Shown here piece after piece: positions 48,041 through 58,636 of a stretch of 64,000 nt of DNA. The stretch's first letter is position 1; each line of letters opens with the position of its first letter. The stretch is from NCBI GenBank assembly GCA_014075255.1, contig CP046178.1, positions 705,616-769,615 on the forward strand. Reading direction: 5' to 3'. This DNA comes from Gammaproteobacteria bacterium. GTDB lineage: Bacteria; Pseudomonadota; Gammaproteobacteria; UBA4575. Both the position numbers and the translations under genes were made by a program. The notes under the pieces were generated by a model, which was given only the letters and a program-made list of their open reading frames with translations, had not been told where the DNA came from and made no database searches.

Positions 48041-48340
48041 ATGCTAACTAAGAAACTTCTAATCCCTGCAGCCTTTGCTATGGCGGCAACATTCACCACA
48101 GGGTGTCAGCAAACTACTATGGCTGAACCAGCTATGGAAGCTGAAGCAGACCCTATCGCAGAAGTGCGTGAAATTGCTAATGAAGCTTTGCGTACAGCGA
48201 ATACAGCTGCACATGACGCTGCTACTGCAAAAGATATGGCTCTAGCGGCTCAAGACGCTGCTGCTGCTGCTCAAGCTTGTTGTGACGCGAATTCACGTCG
48301 CATGAGCCGTATGTTTGACGGTTCTATGAGCTCTAAGTAG
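48041..48340 (+). CDS. Lpp/OprI-like alanine-zipper outer-membrane lipoprotein
   Basis: Lipobox 'TTGC', an Ala-rich coiled coil, and a C-terminal 'RMSRMFDGSMSSK' similar to the Lpp/OprI C-terminal Lys. Confidence 0.5.
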   Translation: MLTKKLLIPAAFAMAATFTTGCQQTTMAEPAMEAEADPIAEVREIANEALRTANTAAHDAATAKDMALAAQDAAAAAQACCDANSRRMSRMFDGSMSSK

Positions 48341-48374
48341 TTCTAGTAAGATTTATCTTCACTTTTGAAGATAA

Positions 48375-48404
48375 GCAAAAAGGCCCGTATACGGGCCTTT
48401 TTTG
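48375..48404. terminator. Bidirectional rho-independent terminator (GGCCCGTA-TACGGGCC + T6, preceded by A5)
   Basis: Perfect 8-bp GC stem flanked by an A-run and a T-run. It lies between convergent genes. Confidence 0.75.
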
Positions 48405-48449
48405 TGCATGTCTAAGTAGCTTGTTCTGATTAACAAATAGTAATTAGAT

Positions 48450-49367
48450 CTACTGTGTTTTAGTCCCCACTGAAATAGGCAATCCTGTCTTATTCTTCGC
48501 TAATTGATTAGCAAGTTCCCAGTTAATTTTATAGCCTTCTTTAGACTTAGTAGCGCCAATAATGGCTTGCACAAACTGAGTTAAATTCCTTGAATTAGTA
48601 CCTGTTTCATCGCCTTCACTTGGATGCATTTCGGCATATAGCTTGCCACCACTCCACGCCAGCTTGTAGGGTTCGTTAACAATGGTGACAGGAGTGTTTA
48701 TGGATACTCGGCTAAACAAGTCCTTAATATCATCGGGATGTAAACGCACGCATCCATGAGTTACTTTCATGCCAATGCCACGCGGGTTATTGGTGCCGTG
48801 AATTAAATAGCCAGACAAGCCTAAGCGAATAGCATAATCACCAAGTGGATTATCCGGCCCAGGAGGAACCGTAGCGGGTAAAGGGTCATTTTTCTCTTCA
48901 TGCTCCTTACGGATTGATTCAGGCGGGGTCCACGTTGGGTTTTTCTTCATCCCAATAACACTAGTCTGTGTGTTAGGCGTGTCCCAACCCTCTTTCCCGA
49001 TACTTATCGGATAGGTATACACATAACCTGGTGCATTTTTAGGGAAGTAATAAACACGCATTTCAGCAAGATTGAGAATGAGGCCTTTATGCTTAGTGTT
49101 AGGCAAAATATAGCGAGTTGGCATTACAAGCTGTGTGCCCTCGCCCGGTAACCATGGATCAACATTTGGATTTGCCAGTACTAATTCTTGAAAGCCCAAA
49201 CTATAGCGCCTAGCCAATTCAATGAAAGTATCCGATTCTTTAGCCGTCATCAGGCTCATTTGGCCTACGATTGAATCGCCATTTTTAGGTAATTGGTATC
49301 GTTCTGCCTGTAGCTGCATCGAGCTAAGCAAAAGAAATAAGCCAATGATCAAGTAAATAGTTTTCAT
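48450..49367 (-). CDS. L,D-transpeptidase (YkuD/ErfK-YbiS family)
   Basis: 'HGCVRLHPDDIKDLF' catalytic Cys motif and a signal peptide. Confidence 0.85.
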   Translation of the reverse strand: MKTIYLIIGLFLLLSSMQLQAERYQLPKNGDSIVGQMSLMTAKESDTFIELARRYSLGFQELVLANPNVDPWLPGEGTQLVMPTRYILPNTKHKGLILNLAEMRVYYFPKNAPGYVYTYPISIGKEGWDTPNTQTSVIGMKKNPTWTPPESIRKEHEEKNDPLPATVPPGPDNPLGDYAIRLGLSGYLIHGTNNPRGIGMKVTHGCVRLHPDDIKDLFSRVSINTPVTIVNEPYKLAWSGGKLYAEMHPSEGDETGTNSRNLTQFVQAIIGATKSKEGYKINWELANQLAKNKTGLPISVGTKTQ

Positions 49368-49467
49368 GCTAAATTTTGCAATATCAAATAAATTGCGCCT
49401 ATGATTTAAACTATAGTGAGCTATTGGACTGAAGTAAAATAAAACCGTTTAAATACCCAATTAAAAT

Positions 49468-49926
49468 ATGACTAAAAGACCCATATACACGCTCGACAAT
49501 TGCTTAAAAAAAGTGAACCTAAACCCGCATAGGCTCTCCCACAAAGGTTATCTGTATATATGCATTTGCTTATTTCTATCAAGTTTATTACTGGCTTGTG
49601 CTTCTACCCCGCCCTCCAAAACGTTGCCACAATCAAAAGTGGCGGTTTCAAGTGTTGACCATACAAATTATCGTAAACATGTGAGTGGCGATGTAGACAC
49701 CGTAAAAGCAAAGCTCAAACAAGCACAAGATTTAGAGGCAGACAAGCAACACGCAACTGTTGAACAACTAGCCCAACAGATACTGGTAGATGTTGAATTG
49801 ATACGAATTAAAACCCAACGTTTAAATGTAGAACAAGAAGTTAAAAAAATTGAAAGCAGCATTTCTAATTTACACGATGAATTGAACTGGCGCGAGCCCG
49901 TTCAACTTAGTCCACTAAATCAATAA
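49468..49926 (+). CDS. Hypothetical lipoprotein (DUF4398-like coiled coil)
   Basis: Lipobox 'LLACAS'. The real start is probably internal. Confidence 0.35.
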   Translation: MTKRPIYTLDNCLKKVNLNPHRLSHKGYLYICICLFLSSLLLACASTPPSKTLPQSKVAVSSVDHTNYRKHVSGDVDTVKAKLKQAQDLEADKQHATVEQLAQQILVDVELIRIKTQRLNVEQEVKKIESSISNLHDELNWREPVQLSPLNQ

Positions 49927-49935
49927 GCGTTAATC

Positions 49936-50736
49936 ATGTTCAGAATTTATTTAATTATTTTTATAGTAACGGCTGCTTGCAGTTGCGCAAGCGCACCGAA
50001 ATCTTATCCACCGTTAGCTGAAGCTAAAGCAGCTCTTGAGAAAACTAAAAAGAAAGCCGGTATATTTGAAGTTGCATCGGTAACGCTATTTGAAGCGGAT
50101 GAGCAACTCAAACATGCTGAAACTGCTTTAAACGAAAACGATACGGATAGCGTCGACCATTACGTTTATCTTGCAACTCGCAAACAACAAATTGCTCAAG
50201 AATTGTTGCTTAAACATCAGCAAGAACAAGAACTCATTAATCTCAAGCAACAGCAACATGAAATGATTGCACATGCACGTCGCACTGAATCAACGCGCGC
50301 ATCCTCGGAAACACGCAAAGCTCAACAACGGATACAACAGCTTGAAAAAACACTTGGGCAATATAAAGCAGAAGAAACCAGTCGCGGCACGATTTTAGTC
50401 ATCAACGATTTGCTGTTCAATACAGGTGGAGCCAACTTAAAACCACAATCTCAAAGAAGATTAGAGCCGCTGGTACAGTATTTACAGGGTAACTCTCAAC
50501 GAGAAATTATCATTGAAGGACATACCGACAGCATAGGCAACCCACAAGTGAATAAACAATTATCCTTACAACGCGCCGACACTGTAAAAGAATTTCTTAT
50601 GACACGTGGAATAGATTCCAACCGTGTAGAAACCCGCGGCTTTGGCGAAGAAGTTCCCGTTGCAACGAATACCACCAATGCTGGCAGAAGCTTAAATCGT
50701 CGCGTAGAAGTAGTGATTAAAACGCCGGGTCAATAA
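49936..50736 (+). CDS. OmpA-family protein with N-terminal DUF4398-like domain
   Basis: The C-terminal 'IIIEGHTDSIGNPQVNKQLSLQRADTVKEFL...RRVEVVI' is an OmpA_C domain. Confidence 0.75.
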   Translation: MFRIYLIIFIVTAACSCASAPKSYPPLAEAKAALEKTKKKAGIFEVASVTLFEADEQLKHAETALNENDTDSVDHYVYLATRKQQIAQELLLKHQQEQELINLKQQQHEMIAHARRTESTRASSETRKAQQRIQQLEKTLGQYKAEETSRGTILVINDLLFNTGGANLKPQSQRRLEPLVQYLQGNSQREIIIEGHTDSIGNPQVNKQLSLQRADTVKEFLMTRGIDSNRVETRGFGEEVPVATNTTNAGRSLNRRVEVVIKTPGQ

Positions 50737-50899
50737 TTTAATAATAATCGCTTACAGCCAATTTGCGAGCACATGGGTGTAGGTGTACCAGAATAAGTAA
50801 CATCAAGGATGATACAACTCATTAAATCTTTTCTTCAGCTAATGATCACTTTCGGCCATAAGCGGAATTACAACTTAGAAGTTCGGATTGATATGCCTT

Positions 50900-51157
50900 T
50901 CAAAAAAAACCCGTAGTCAAATCAGCACAAAACGCATCAGAAAATTTTACTTGACCCTCTAGTACATAACTTTTCTCAACGCCTGTACTGATTCGTGATG
51001 CGTATACCACGGCCGTTGGATCAAGTATTCCTTGTTTGTAGCTCTGGGTACGCTGTGTAGAAAACTCAAAATCATCGACATTGTATCCATGCTCTTCTAT
51101 GCATGTGATGATTGCGATTAAGAAGTTATCCGTAAGTAATGTACGGTCAAAATCCAT
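50900..51157 (-). CDS. Hypothetical protein
   Basis: ORF only. Confidence 0.25.
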   Translation of the reverse strand: MDFDRTLLTDNFLIAIITCIEEHGYNVDDFEFSTQRTQSYKQGILDPTAVVYASRISTGVEKSYVLEGQVKFSDAFCADLTTGFF

Positions 51158-51370
51158 TTCGATTCCTTCAAAATTACCAACCTGATTTTATTGAACAATG
51201 TTGAATTATAGTTCAAGAATAAATTATTAGCACGTTGCAGTTAGATATAATGTTAAACGTAAAAAGATAGTTTACGTAGTTGCTTGATTATTTTAATTGT
51301 TATACGACCGCTTTGGGTCGTTAGCGGTCATTGAACAAGGCTGCTTTGAAAACGCGAGTAAGACTATTAC

Positions 51371-51691
51371 TTAATGTTTAAATTTATTCAGGTTTAAAGC
51401 CTTATACCGCTCCACAATGATAGGAAATCCCATATCTTTCCAAAATATTGGACTTACTCCCCCAGTCAGCATTCCGCCAAACTTACTACATTCAATATAG
51501 AGTGATTTCTCATAATTTATACTATATTCCGTTAAGTCCAAGAATGCGGTTTCAAGTATTTGATTTAACGCATCAACAGAATTCGGTACATCTACTCCTT
51601 TAAAGTGATGCTCTAAGATTTTCCATAAATAGGGGTCACCTTGTAGCCCCCATTTAATAGGATTATCGTGAAATAATTCTGAAAGTTTCAT
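51371..51691 (-). CDS. Hypothetical protein
   Basis: ORF only. Confidence 0.3.
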   Translation of the reverse strand: MKLSELFHDNPIKWGLQGDPYLWKILEHHFKGVDVPNSVDALNQILETAFLDLTEYSINYEKSLYIECSKFGGMLTGGVSPIFWKDMGFPIIVERYKALNLNKFKH

Positions 51692-51744
51692 TTCTACATT
51701 TATCTAAAAATATCACCTTTAATTTGAAAGCAGGCATTAAAAAC

Positions 51745-53106
51745 TTATTTTGCAACCGCTAATTCAATCCCCTGCTCTGCTACATCCACCAACATCTTAA
51801 TCTCCTCAGGTGTAATCACATATGGCGTCATGAAGTAAATCACGTCACCCAGAGGTCTTAGCAAAACATTATTCTTCAAGCCGTGTTTGTAAACCTCCAA
51901 TCCTCTGCGTTCCTGCCATGGATAAGATTGTTTACTCGCTTTATCTTTTACCAATTCAATGGCTGTGATCATACCATGCTGCCTTACATCTCCCACATTC
52001 GGATGAGCATGGAAACGCTCACACTGCTTTGCGAATTCAGCACTAAGTATGTGGTTGTTTTCTACAGTATTCTCAGTTTTAAATATCTTTAAGGTAGCGA
52101 GTGCCGCCGCACAACCGAGTGGATTTCCGGTATAGCTATGTGAATGCAAGAAGGCTGTGAGATTTTCATAATCATCATAAAAGGCCTCATAAACATTATT
52201 GGTCGTCAATACTACAGATAATGGAAGATATCCGCCTGTGAGACCTTTAGATAAGCACATAAAATCAGGACTGATATTGGCTTGTTCACAGCCAAACATA
52301 GTGCCGGTTCTACCAAACCCTACTGCAATTTCATCTGCAATCAGGTGCACACCATATCGATCACATGCTTCACGCAATAACGTGAGATATTCCGGTGCGT
52401 ACATGCGCATGTAACCTGCGCATTGCACTAGAGGTTCTACGATGACAGCACAAACCTCTTCGTGATGCTGTTCTAAAGTTTTCTCCATGTGCGCAAACAT
52501 ACGTTTAGCATATTCTGCTTCTGGCTCACCCGCTTCGCGGTTATAGCTATCTGGACTAGGAACAGTGATTACATCTAACAATAGAGGTTCATAGACTTCT
52601 TTATAAAGTGCCACATCACCTAAAGACAAAGCCCCGATGGTTTCGCCATGATAGGAATTACTGAGATTAATAAATTTCGTTTTTTTAGTTTTATCAGTAT
52701 TTTTCCAATAATGAAAACTCATCTTTAATGCAACTTCTACTGCAGAAGAGCCATTGTCAGCGTAAAAACATTTGCGCAGTGGCTCTGGAGTTATCTCAAT
52801 CAACTGCTCTGATAGATTAATAACGGTCTCATGTGAAAATCCAGCCAACAATACATGCTCCATGCGATCTAACTGTTCTTTAATCGCATTGCTTATCGTT
52901 TCGTTTGCATGGCCAAATATATTTACCCACCAGGAACTGACCGCATCTAAATATCGAGTTCCATTAAAATCTTCTAGCCAAACTCCCTTAGCACTTTTAA
53001 TCGGTACCATGGGCAGGTGCTTATGATCTTTCATCTGGGTACAAGGGTGCCAAACAACTTCTAAATCTCTGCTTTTAAGTTCCTCAGCTTGATTGGATAA
53101 AGTCAA
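51745..53106 (-). CDS. bioA: Adenosylmethionine-8-amino-7-oxononanoate aminotransferase (class III aminotransferase)
   Basis: 'VVWHPCTQM', 'SSWWVNIFGH', 'YADNGSSAVEVALKM' and 'IADEIAVGFGRTG' follow the BioA pattern. Confidence 0.7.
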   Translation of the reverse strand: MTLSNQAEELKSRDLEVVWHPCTQMKDHKHLPMVPIKSAKGVWLEDFNGTRYLDAVSSWWVNIFGHANETISNAIKEQLDRMEHVLLAGFSHETVINLSEQLIEITPEPLRKCFYADNGSSAVEVALKMSFHYWKNTDKTKKTKFINLSNSYHGETIGALSLGDVALYKEVYEPLLLDVITVPSPDSYNREAGEPEAEYAKRMFAHMEKTLEQHHEEVCAVIVEPLVQCAGYMRMYAPEYLTLLREACDRYGVHLIADEIAVGFGRTGTMFGCEQANISPDFMCLSKGLTGGYLPLSVVLTTNNVYEAFYDDYENLTAFLHSHSYTGNPLGCAAALATLKIFKTENTVENNHILSAEFAKQCERFHAHPNVGDVRQHGMITAIELVKDKASKQSYPWQERRGLEVYKHGLKNNVLLRPLGDVIYFMTPYVITPEEIKMLVDVAEQGIELAVAK

Positions 53107-53371
53107 AATTCATATTCCTAGGTGTTGGGGAGGAAGACTCCCATTCTGCTCTTAGCTAAATTCGTTTCGAAGCCGTAAGCGCTATTGTAATTAACCGGTC
53201 TTGTGGATGGCAAAAACTACTGTATTTATGCTTCACATGAAATAAAAACCAACCTGCTGCTTAAAAAACGTACTTATGTAGTTGATGTAAATAAAGATGC
53301 AAAAGCCCGAAACCACTTTAACTTTGAATATCTTTAGCTTAGTTAAGTCCTAACGTACACTGCGGTTATCA

Positions 53372-54661
53372 ATGAGTACTAATAGCGTATATATCGTCGA
53401 TGGCAGTCGCTCTCCTTTCCTTAAAGCAAGGGGGAGACCCGGACCATTTCAAGCTTCAGATTTTGCGGTTCAATCCGCTACACCATTATTGATGAGACAA
53501 CCGTTCGAACCAGAAGAGTTCGATGAAGTTATTGTGGGGTGCGTAGGACCCAGTGCAGATGAAGTAAATATTGCGCGCGTAATTAGCTTACGTCTGGGAT
53601 GCGGAGATAAAGTTCCTGCCTGGACCGTACAGCGCAATTGCGCCTCAGGTATGCAATCAATTGATAGTGCATTTTCAAATATTTTACTCGGCAAATCAGA
53701 TTTGGTTTTAGCAGGGGGTGCTGAAGCCATGAGTCATTCCCCTGTTTTATATAACCATCACATGGTGAATTGGCTAGCAGACATGAATCGTTCCAAAACA
53801 CCATTACAAAAACTAAAGACCATTACGCAATTACGGCCTAAGTTTTTTACTCCAGTAATTGGCTTATTAAAAGGACTTACCGATCCAGTTGTTGGATTAT
53901 CGATGGGACAAACTGCAGAAAATCTTGCACATATGTTTAATATTTCTCGTGAAGAGATGGATCAATATGCTGTCGATAGCCATTTGCGTTTGGTGTATGC
54001 ACAAGAGAACGATCTTTTCGACAATGAAATAGTAAATCTGTACGACGACAAAGGTAAAACGTATAACAGTGACGATGGCGTGCGACCCGATTCAAGCTTA
54101 GAAAAGCTGGCAAAATTAAGACCGGTATTTGATAAAAAGCACGGCAATATTACTGCAGGCAATAGCGCACAAATCACCGATGGTGCTTCCTGGGTCATTC
54201 TAGCCAGTGAGCAAGCGGTTAAAAAACACAATCTTAATGTCATGGGACGATTGGTAGCCTCCAACTGGGCAGCCTTAGATCCAAGACATATGGGATTAGG
54301 CCCGGTACATTCAACTGTACCGATGCTGCAAGCGCAAAATTTGAATGTTAACGATATTGATTATTGGGAGCTAAATGAAGCTTTTGCTGCCCAAGTATTA
54401 GGTTGTTTAGCCGCATGGAAAGATCCGCACTATTGCCAAGAACATCTAGGTTTAGATAAGGCTTTTGGTGAAGTCCCACATGAAAAACTTAACGTTGATG
54501 GTGGGGCAATTAGCATGGGACATCCTGTTGGCGCAAGTGGAACTCGCATCGTTCATCACGTATTAAACGTTTTAAAACGCAACAAAGCTAAACTAGGTGT
54601 AGCTACCATATGTATTGGTGGAGGCCAAGGCGGCGCTATGTTGGTTGAAAATTTACAATAA
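53372..54661 (+). CDS. fadI: 3-ketoacyl-CoA thiolase
   Basis: Thiolase active-site 'NCASGMQSI' and C-terminal 'GGGQGGAM'. It is immediately followed by the multifunctional alpha subunit. Confidence 0.75.
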   Translation: MSTNSVYIVDGSRSPFLKARGRPGPFQASDFAVQSATPLLMRQPFEPEEFDEVIVGCVGPSADEVNIARVISLRLGCGDKVPAWTVQRNCASGMQSIDSAFSNILLGKSDLVLAGGAEAMSHSPVLYNHHMVNWLADMNRSKTPLQKLKTITQLRPKFFTPVIGLLKGLTDPVVGLSMGQTAENLAHMFNISREEMDQYAVDSHLRLVYAQENDLFDNEIVNLYDDKGKTYNSDDGVRPDSSLEKLAKLRPVFDKKHGNITAGNSAQITDGASWVILASEQAVKKHNLNVMGRLVASNWAALDPRHMGLGPVHSTVPMLQAQNLNVNDIDYWELNEAFAAQVLGCLAAWKDPHYCQEHLGLDKAFGEVPHEKLNVDGGAISMGHPVGASGTRIVHHVLNVLKRNKAKLGVATICIGGGQGGAMLVENLQ

Positions 54662-54667
54662 CAAACT

Positions 54668-56704
54668 ATGCCTGACGAAAACTTTAAGCATTGGGTAATT
54701 GAAGAAAAAGAAAACGGCATTATTTGGCTAGGCATGGATGTTGAAAATGCAAGTGCTAATGTGTTATCCGCCACTGTATTAGCAGAACTTAATCAACTAC
54801 TCGTCCATTACTCTAAGAACCTCCCAATAGGAATTGCGATCACTTCTAACAAAGCAAAAGGCTTTGTTGCCGGAGCAGATGTTAAAGAATTTACTAAAAT
54901 TTCTAACCACCAAGAAGCTCTCGAGTTAGTGCAATACGGGCAATCCGTTTTTAATCAACTTGACAAAATGTCTTGCCCTACTGTTGCTGTAATTAATGGC
55001 TTTTGTATGGGTGGTGGTTTGGAGCTAGCGCTCGCTTGCGATTATCGTGTTGCATTAGAAGACCCCAAAACACGTTTATCACTACCAGAAGTTAGGTTAG
55101 GCATACATCCTGGATACGGCGGTACAGTGCGTATATTACGCCATGTGAACCCACTTGTTGCTATGGATCTCATGCTCACAGGCAGGAGTATCAGCTCTAG
55201 TTACGCTAAAAAAATTGGCTTAATTGATGCTGCTGCTCCACTACGCCTATTAAACAGTGTTGCTAATAAATTAATATTGAGCAAACCAGATAAGCAAAAA
55301 GCTCCAAAAATTTCCAAACTTCTGAACAGTCGATTAGTACGACCTATTGTTGCCATGCAAATGCGTAAGCAAGTCGCCAAAAAAGCCAAACCTGAACATT
55401 ACCCTGCTCCATATGCCATTATCGACCATTGGCAAAAGCACTACGGCAATGAAGTAAAATTTTTACAACATGAAGCAGAATCTGTCGCACGTCTTAGTAC
55501 AAATGACACAACTAAAAACTTAGTACGTGTATTTTTATTGCAAGATGAATTGAAATCTCTAGCCACTGAAGATAATGAAAAGATAAAACATGTACACATA
55601 ATTGGCGCAGGTGTCATGGGCGGTGATATTGCCACCTGGTGCGTATCACAGGGGTTACAAGTTACGCTGCAAGACTTAAAAGCAGAAAGTTTGGCTCGCG
55701 CAAAACAGCGTGCCTATGATTATTTTAAGAAACGTTTAAAAAAGCGTTTGCTAATTAAAAGTGCAATGGATCAATTTATTTTAGATATCCATGGCGATGG
55801 TTTAGCAAAAGCAGATATCGTAATTGAGGCTATATTTGAAAACAAAGATGTGAAGCGAAATTTGTATGCATCGATAGATGCTAAGATCAAAAAAGATGCA
55901 CTCATCGTTACCAATACTTCAAGCATTGAAATCGAACTACTTTGCGATGCTATTTCTGACCCTACTCGCCTTGTCGGTTTACATTTTTTTAATCCAGTTA
56001 CTAAAATGCCATTGATTGAAATTGTTAATGGGGCACAAACCGATCCTACTGTTTCGCAACGTGCAATTAATTTTGCAAAACAGATTGGCAAACTACCATT
56101 ACCGACAAAAAGCTCACCTGGTTTTTTAGTCAACCGAATTTTAACACCTTATATGGTTGAAGCAGGCTTGCTATATGACACAGGCACTTCAATTGAAGCA
56201 ATAGACCGTGCTGCCAAACAATTTGGTATGCCAATGGGTCCAGTGGAATTAGCAGATACTGTCGGGCTTGATATCGGACTACACGTTGGAGAGCTACTCA
56301 GCAAAGCCTATAACTATAGTCTTCCCAATTCGTTTAAGACCTTGGTAGATGCAGGAAATCTTGGAAGAAAATCCGGCCAAGGATTCTACACTTGGAAGAA
56401 AGGCAAAAAAATCTCGCCAAAAACTAAATCATCCACCGACAACATTGAATACATTCAAAATCGTTTGATGTTGAGGTTTCTAAACGAAGCCGCAGCCTGT
56501 CTGCGAGAAGAAGTCGTGGCCAATAAGGACCATCTAGATGCGGGGGTAATATTTGGTACCGGTTTTGCTCCCTTTAAAGGGGGTCCAATTAACTACATTG
56601 AGTCCCGTGGCCCTGATTCGTTGCTTAAGATTTTAGAGTCTTTGCGCGGACAGTATGGCAAACGCTTTGAACCTGACTCCGAGTGGCAAAAAATTAGCAA
56701 ATAA
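54668..56704 (+). CDS. fadJ: Fatty-acid oxidation complex alpha subunit (enoyl-CoA hydratase/3-hydroxyacyl-CoA dehydrogenase)
   Basis: N-terminal crotonase fold ('AVINGFCMGGGLELALACDYRV') and central 'IIGAGVMGGDIA' NAD-binding motif. Confidence 0.75.
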   Translation: MPDENFKHWVIEEKENGIIWLGMDVENASANVLSATVLAELNQLLVHYSKNLPIGIAITSNKAKGFVAGADVKEFTKISNHQEALELVQYGQSVFNQLDKMSCPTVAVINGFCMGGGLELALACDYRVALEDPKTRLSLPEVRLGIHPGYGGTVRILRHVNPLVAMDLMLTGRSISSSYAKKIGLIDAAAPLRLLNSVANKLILSKPDKQKAPKISKLLNSRLVRPIVAMQMRKQVAKKAKPEHYPAPYAIIDHWQKHYGNEVKFLQHEAESVARLSTNDTTKNLVRVFLLQDELKSLATEDNEKIKHVHIIGAGVMGGDIATWCVSQGLQVTLQDLKAESLARAKQRAYDYFKKRLKKRLLIKSAMDQFILDIHGDGLAKADIVIEAIFENKDVKRNLYASIDAKIKKDALIVTNTSSIEIELLCDAISDPTRLVGLHFFNPVTKMPLIEIVNGAQTDPTVSQRAINFAKQIGKLPLPTKSSPGFLVNRILTPYMVEAGLLYDTGTSIEAIDRAAKQFGMPMGPVELADTVGLDIGLHVGELLSKAYNYSLPNSFKTLVDAGNLGRKSGQGFYTWKKGKKISPKTKSSTDNIEYIQNRLMLRFLNEAAACLREEVVANKDHLDAGVIFGTGFAPFKGGPINYIESRGPDSLLKILESLRGQYGKRFEPDSEWQKISK

Positions 56705-56958
56705 AAGTGTTTTTTAGCTAAGTAAATAACTTAAGTTCTTCCTGTAAACTATTGATTTACAGAAAATACGTTTATATTAAAATACCTTAAATAAGTATTT
56801 TAACTTATTGTATATAAATACATTTATTGCACAACATATAATTGACGCTCTAAAATAGCACTTTCCTTGTGCGACCTTCTACACTACAGTGATTCGACAA
56901 TAAAACAGATAGGCAATGAAATAGCTTATCAACAATAAATTTCTCTAGGAGGATTCAG

Positions 56959-57216
56959 ATGGAAGCATTAATGCCATTGATTATGCAGCTTATAAGTGGA
57001 GCTGTAGGCGGAAACATTATTGGAGCTCTAGCTAAGAAACTTAGCTTAGGGTTTCTCGGTAACACAGTCGCTGGACTGGTTGGCGGTGGATTAGGCGGAC
57101 AATTGCTTGGCGGGATGCTTGGTAGTGGAATGGTCGGCGAAATAGGTGTGGCTGCAGGTGGTGGCGGTATTGTGATGGTCATCATTGGCTTAATTAAAAG
57201 CATGATGGCGAAATAG
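56959..57216 (+). CDS. Glycine-zipper small membrane protein (GlsB/YeaQ/YmgE-like)
   Basis: 85 aa, Gly-rich, with two hydrophobic helices. Confidence 0.4.
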   Translation: MEALMPLIMQLISGAVGGNIIGALAKKLSLGFLGNTVAGLVGGGLGGQLLGGMLGSGMVGEIGVAAGGGGIVMVIIGLIKSMMAK

Positions 57217-57410
57217 GTCGACACTAGCTAAAGTAGAAATCTATTCTCGCATGCATCGTAGGGCGTTTATGATTCATAGACGCCTTACTCGTTACTAAGG
57301 ATCGTAGTCAATTAAGAGTCCAAATTAGTACCCTTACCTATCCAAACCTAGCACTTACTAACTTGCCTTTTCAGGCACTTTGCACTCTTTAGAGTGCTCA
57401 TTATTAAAAC

Positions 57411-57680
57411 TTATCGTCGACCACCACTACGGTTATCATTTCTTGGCCGTGCTTCGTTTACTCTTACACTACGACCTTGAACATCGGTTTCGTTGATCGC
57501 ATTAATTGCAGCTTCACCTTGCGCATTATCTGACATTTCAATGAACCCAAATCCTTTCGATCGACCAGAGTCTCTGTCCATAATAATATTTGCACTGGAG
57601 ACCTCTCCATGAGCTGCAAATAAATCACGAAGTTCATCTTCTGAGATACTGTAAGGTAAGTTACCGATATAAATATTCAT
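57411..57680 (-). CDS. RRM-type RNA-binding protein
   Basis: RNP2 'IYIGNL' and RNP1 'KGFGFIEM'. Confidence 0.8.
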   Translation of the reverse strand: MNIYIGNLPYSISEDELRDLFAAHGEVSSANIIMDRDSGRSKGFGFIEMSDNAQGEAAINAINETDVQGRSVRVNEARPRNDNRSGGRR

Positions 57681-58040
57681 TTTTTCTCCTAATTACTCAA
57701 ATCACTATGCGAACTGTAAAAATTACATCGCCAACAAAGCAGTTCACAACTTTGGCGACAATAAAAAGGTCGGGTCAGACTTGAATACATAACTTAAGAG
57801 AAACTTAATAGTGCCTAGGAACGAGTGAGTACAAGGAATATAAGTAGGGATTTCTTTAGATAGTTACAAATAAGACGAACAGAGCCAGATACGGAAATAT
57901 TAAACTATGTGCTATGACCTAAATGTGCTTGAATACAAAATTGATATAATCATTAACAGATTAGATAGTGCACGAAACAAGCATAAAAGTCTATGTTTAC
58001 GCATTTCCAAGTGTTTCCTATTGCCCCAAATTACTAATAT

Positions 58041-58595
58041 TTACTTGCAACGCAATACATTCCACTGTCCGCTAAGCGGATGAGGTTGCCAAGCATAATC
58101 ATCATCCGCAACTTTTATCCAATATGGAACTCCGGCTTTACGCCAAGGGTCGAACACAATGCCTTCTGACCAGTTGGACTCTGCTGCATAAATTACTACC
58201 GTATTATGTTCACGCAATTGGCTACCAAGGCGAGCAACCAACCAGTCAAACTTTAATGAACTAGTATGCAATTCGCGTAATTTTGTATGCAAATCTTCAG
58301 CCCAGTGACAACATAAACCTCTTTGACGAAACCCCGTATTGACTAACATGTTGTGGTACAAAGCAGGGCTAGCCATATCATATTCATCCGCAAGTACAAT
58401 CGCCGTGCTAATTAATACGCGCGATGTTTGACTTGCATCGGTTACTAGAACTTCTGCCGATAAAGCATTTATAGCTTGTGTAAAATCTTCGACTTCACTA
58501 TCAATATTTTCAGGTGTAGGCACATGTGAGCAAGCTGTAATAACTATAACAATAAGCAAGTAACCTAACAGCCTCAATTGCTTAAGTTTAGGCAT
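58041..58595 (-). CDS. Hypothetical lipoprotein
   Basis: Lipobox 'ITACS' and no recognised domain. Confidence 0.35.
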   Translation of the reverse strand: MPKLKQLRLLGYLLIVIVITACSHVPTPENIDSEVEDFTQAINALSAEVLVTDASQTSRVLISTAIVLADEYDMASPALYHNMLVNTGFRQRGLCCHWAEDLHTKLRELHTSSLKFDWLVARLGSQLREHNTVVIYAAESNWSEGIVFDPWRKAGVPYWIKVADDDYAWQPHPLSGQWNVLRCK

Positions 58596-58636
58596 CAGAA
58601 AATAGAAGTGCAGTAGCTTATTTATATGAAAAATAA

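Noticed and set aside
53180-53215. Possible FadR box upstream of fadI (TAACCGGTCTTGTGGAT)
   Set aside because: It matches only about half of the ANCTGGTCNGACNTGTT consensus. This cannot be distinguished from chance without a PWM score.
57217-57410. Weak hairpin (GGCGT...ACGCC) between the convergent glycine-zipper and RRM genes
   Set aside because: It has only a 5-bp stem and a long loop. It is a possible terminator but too weak to call.
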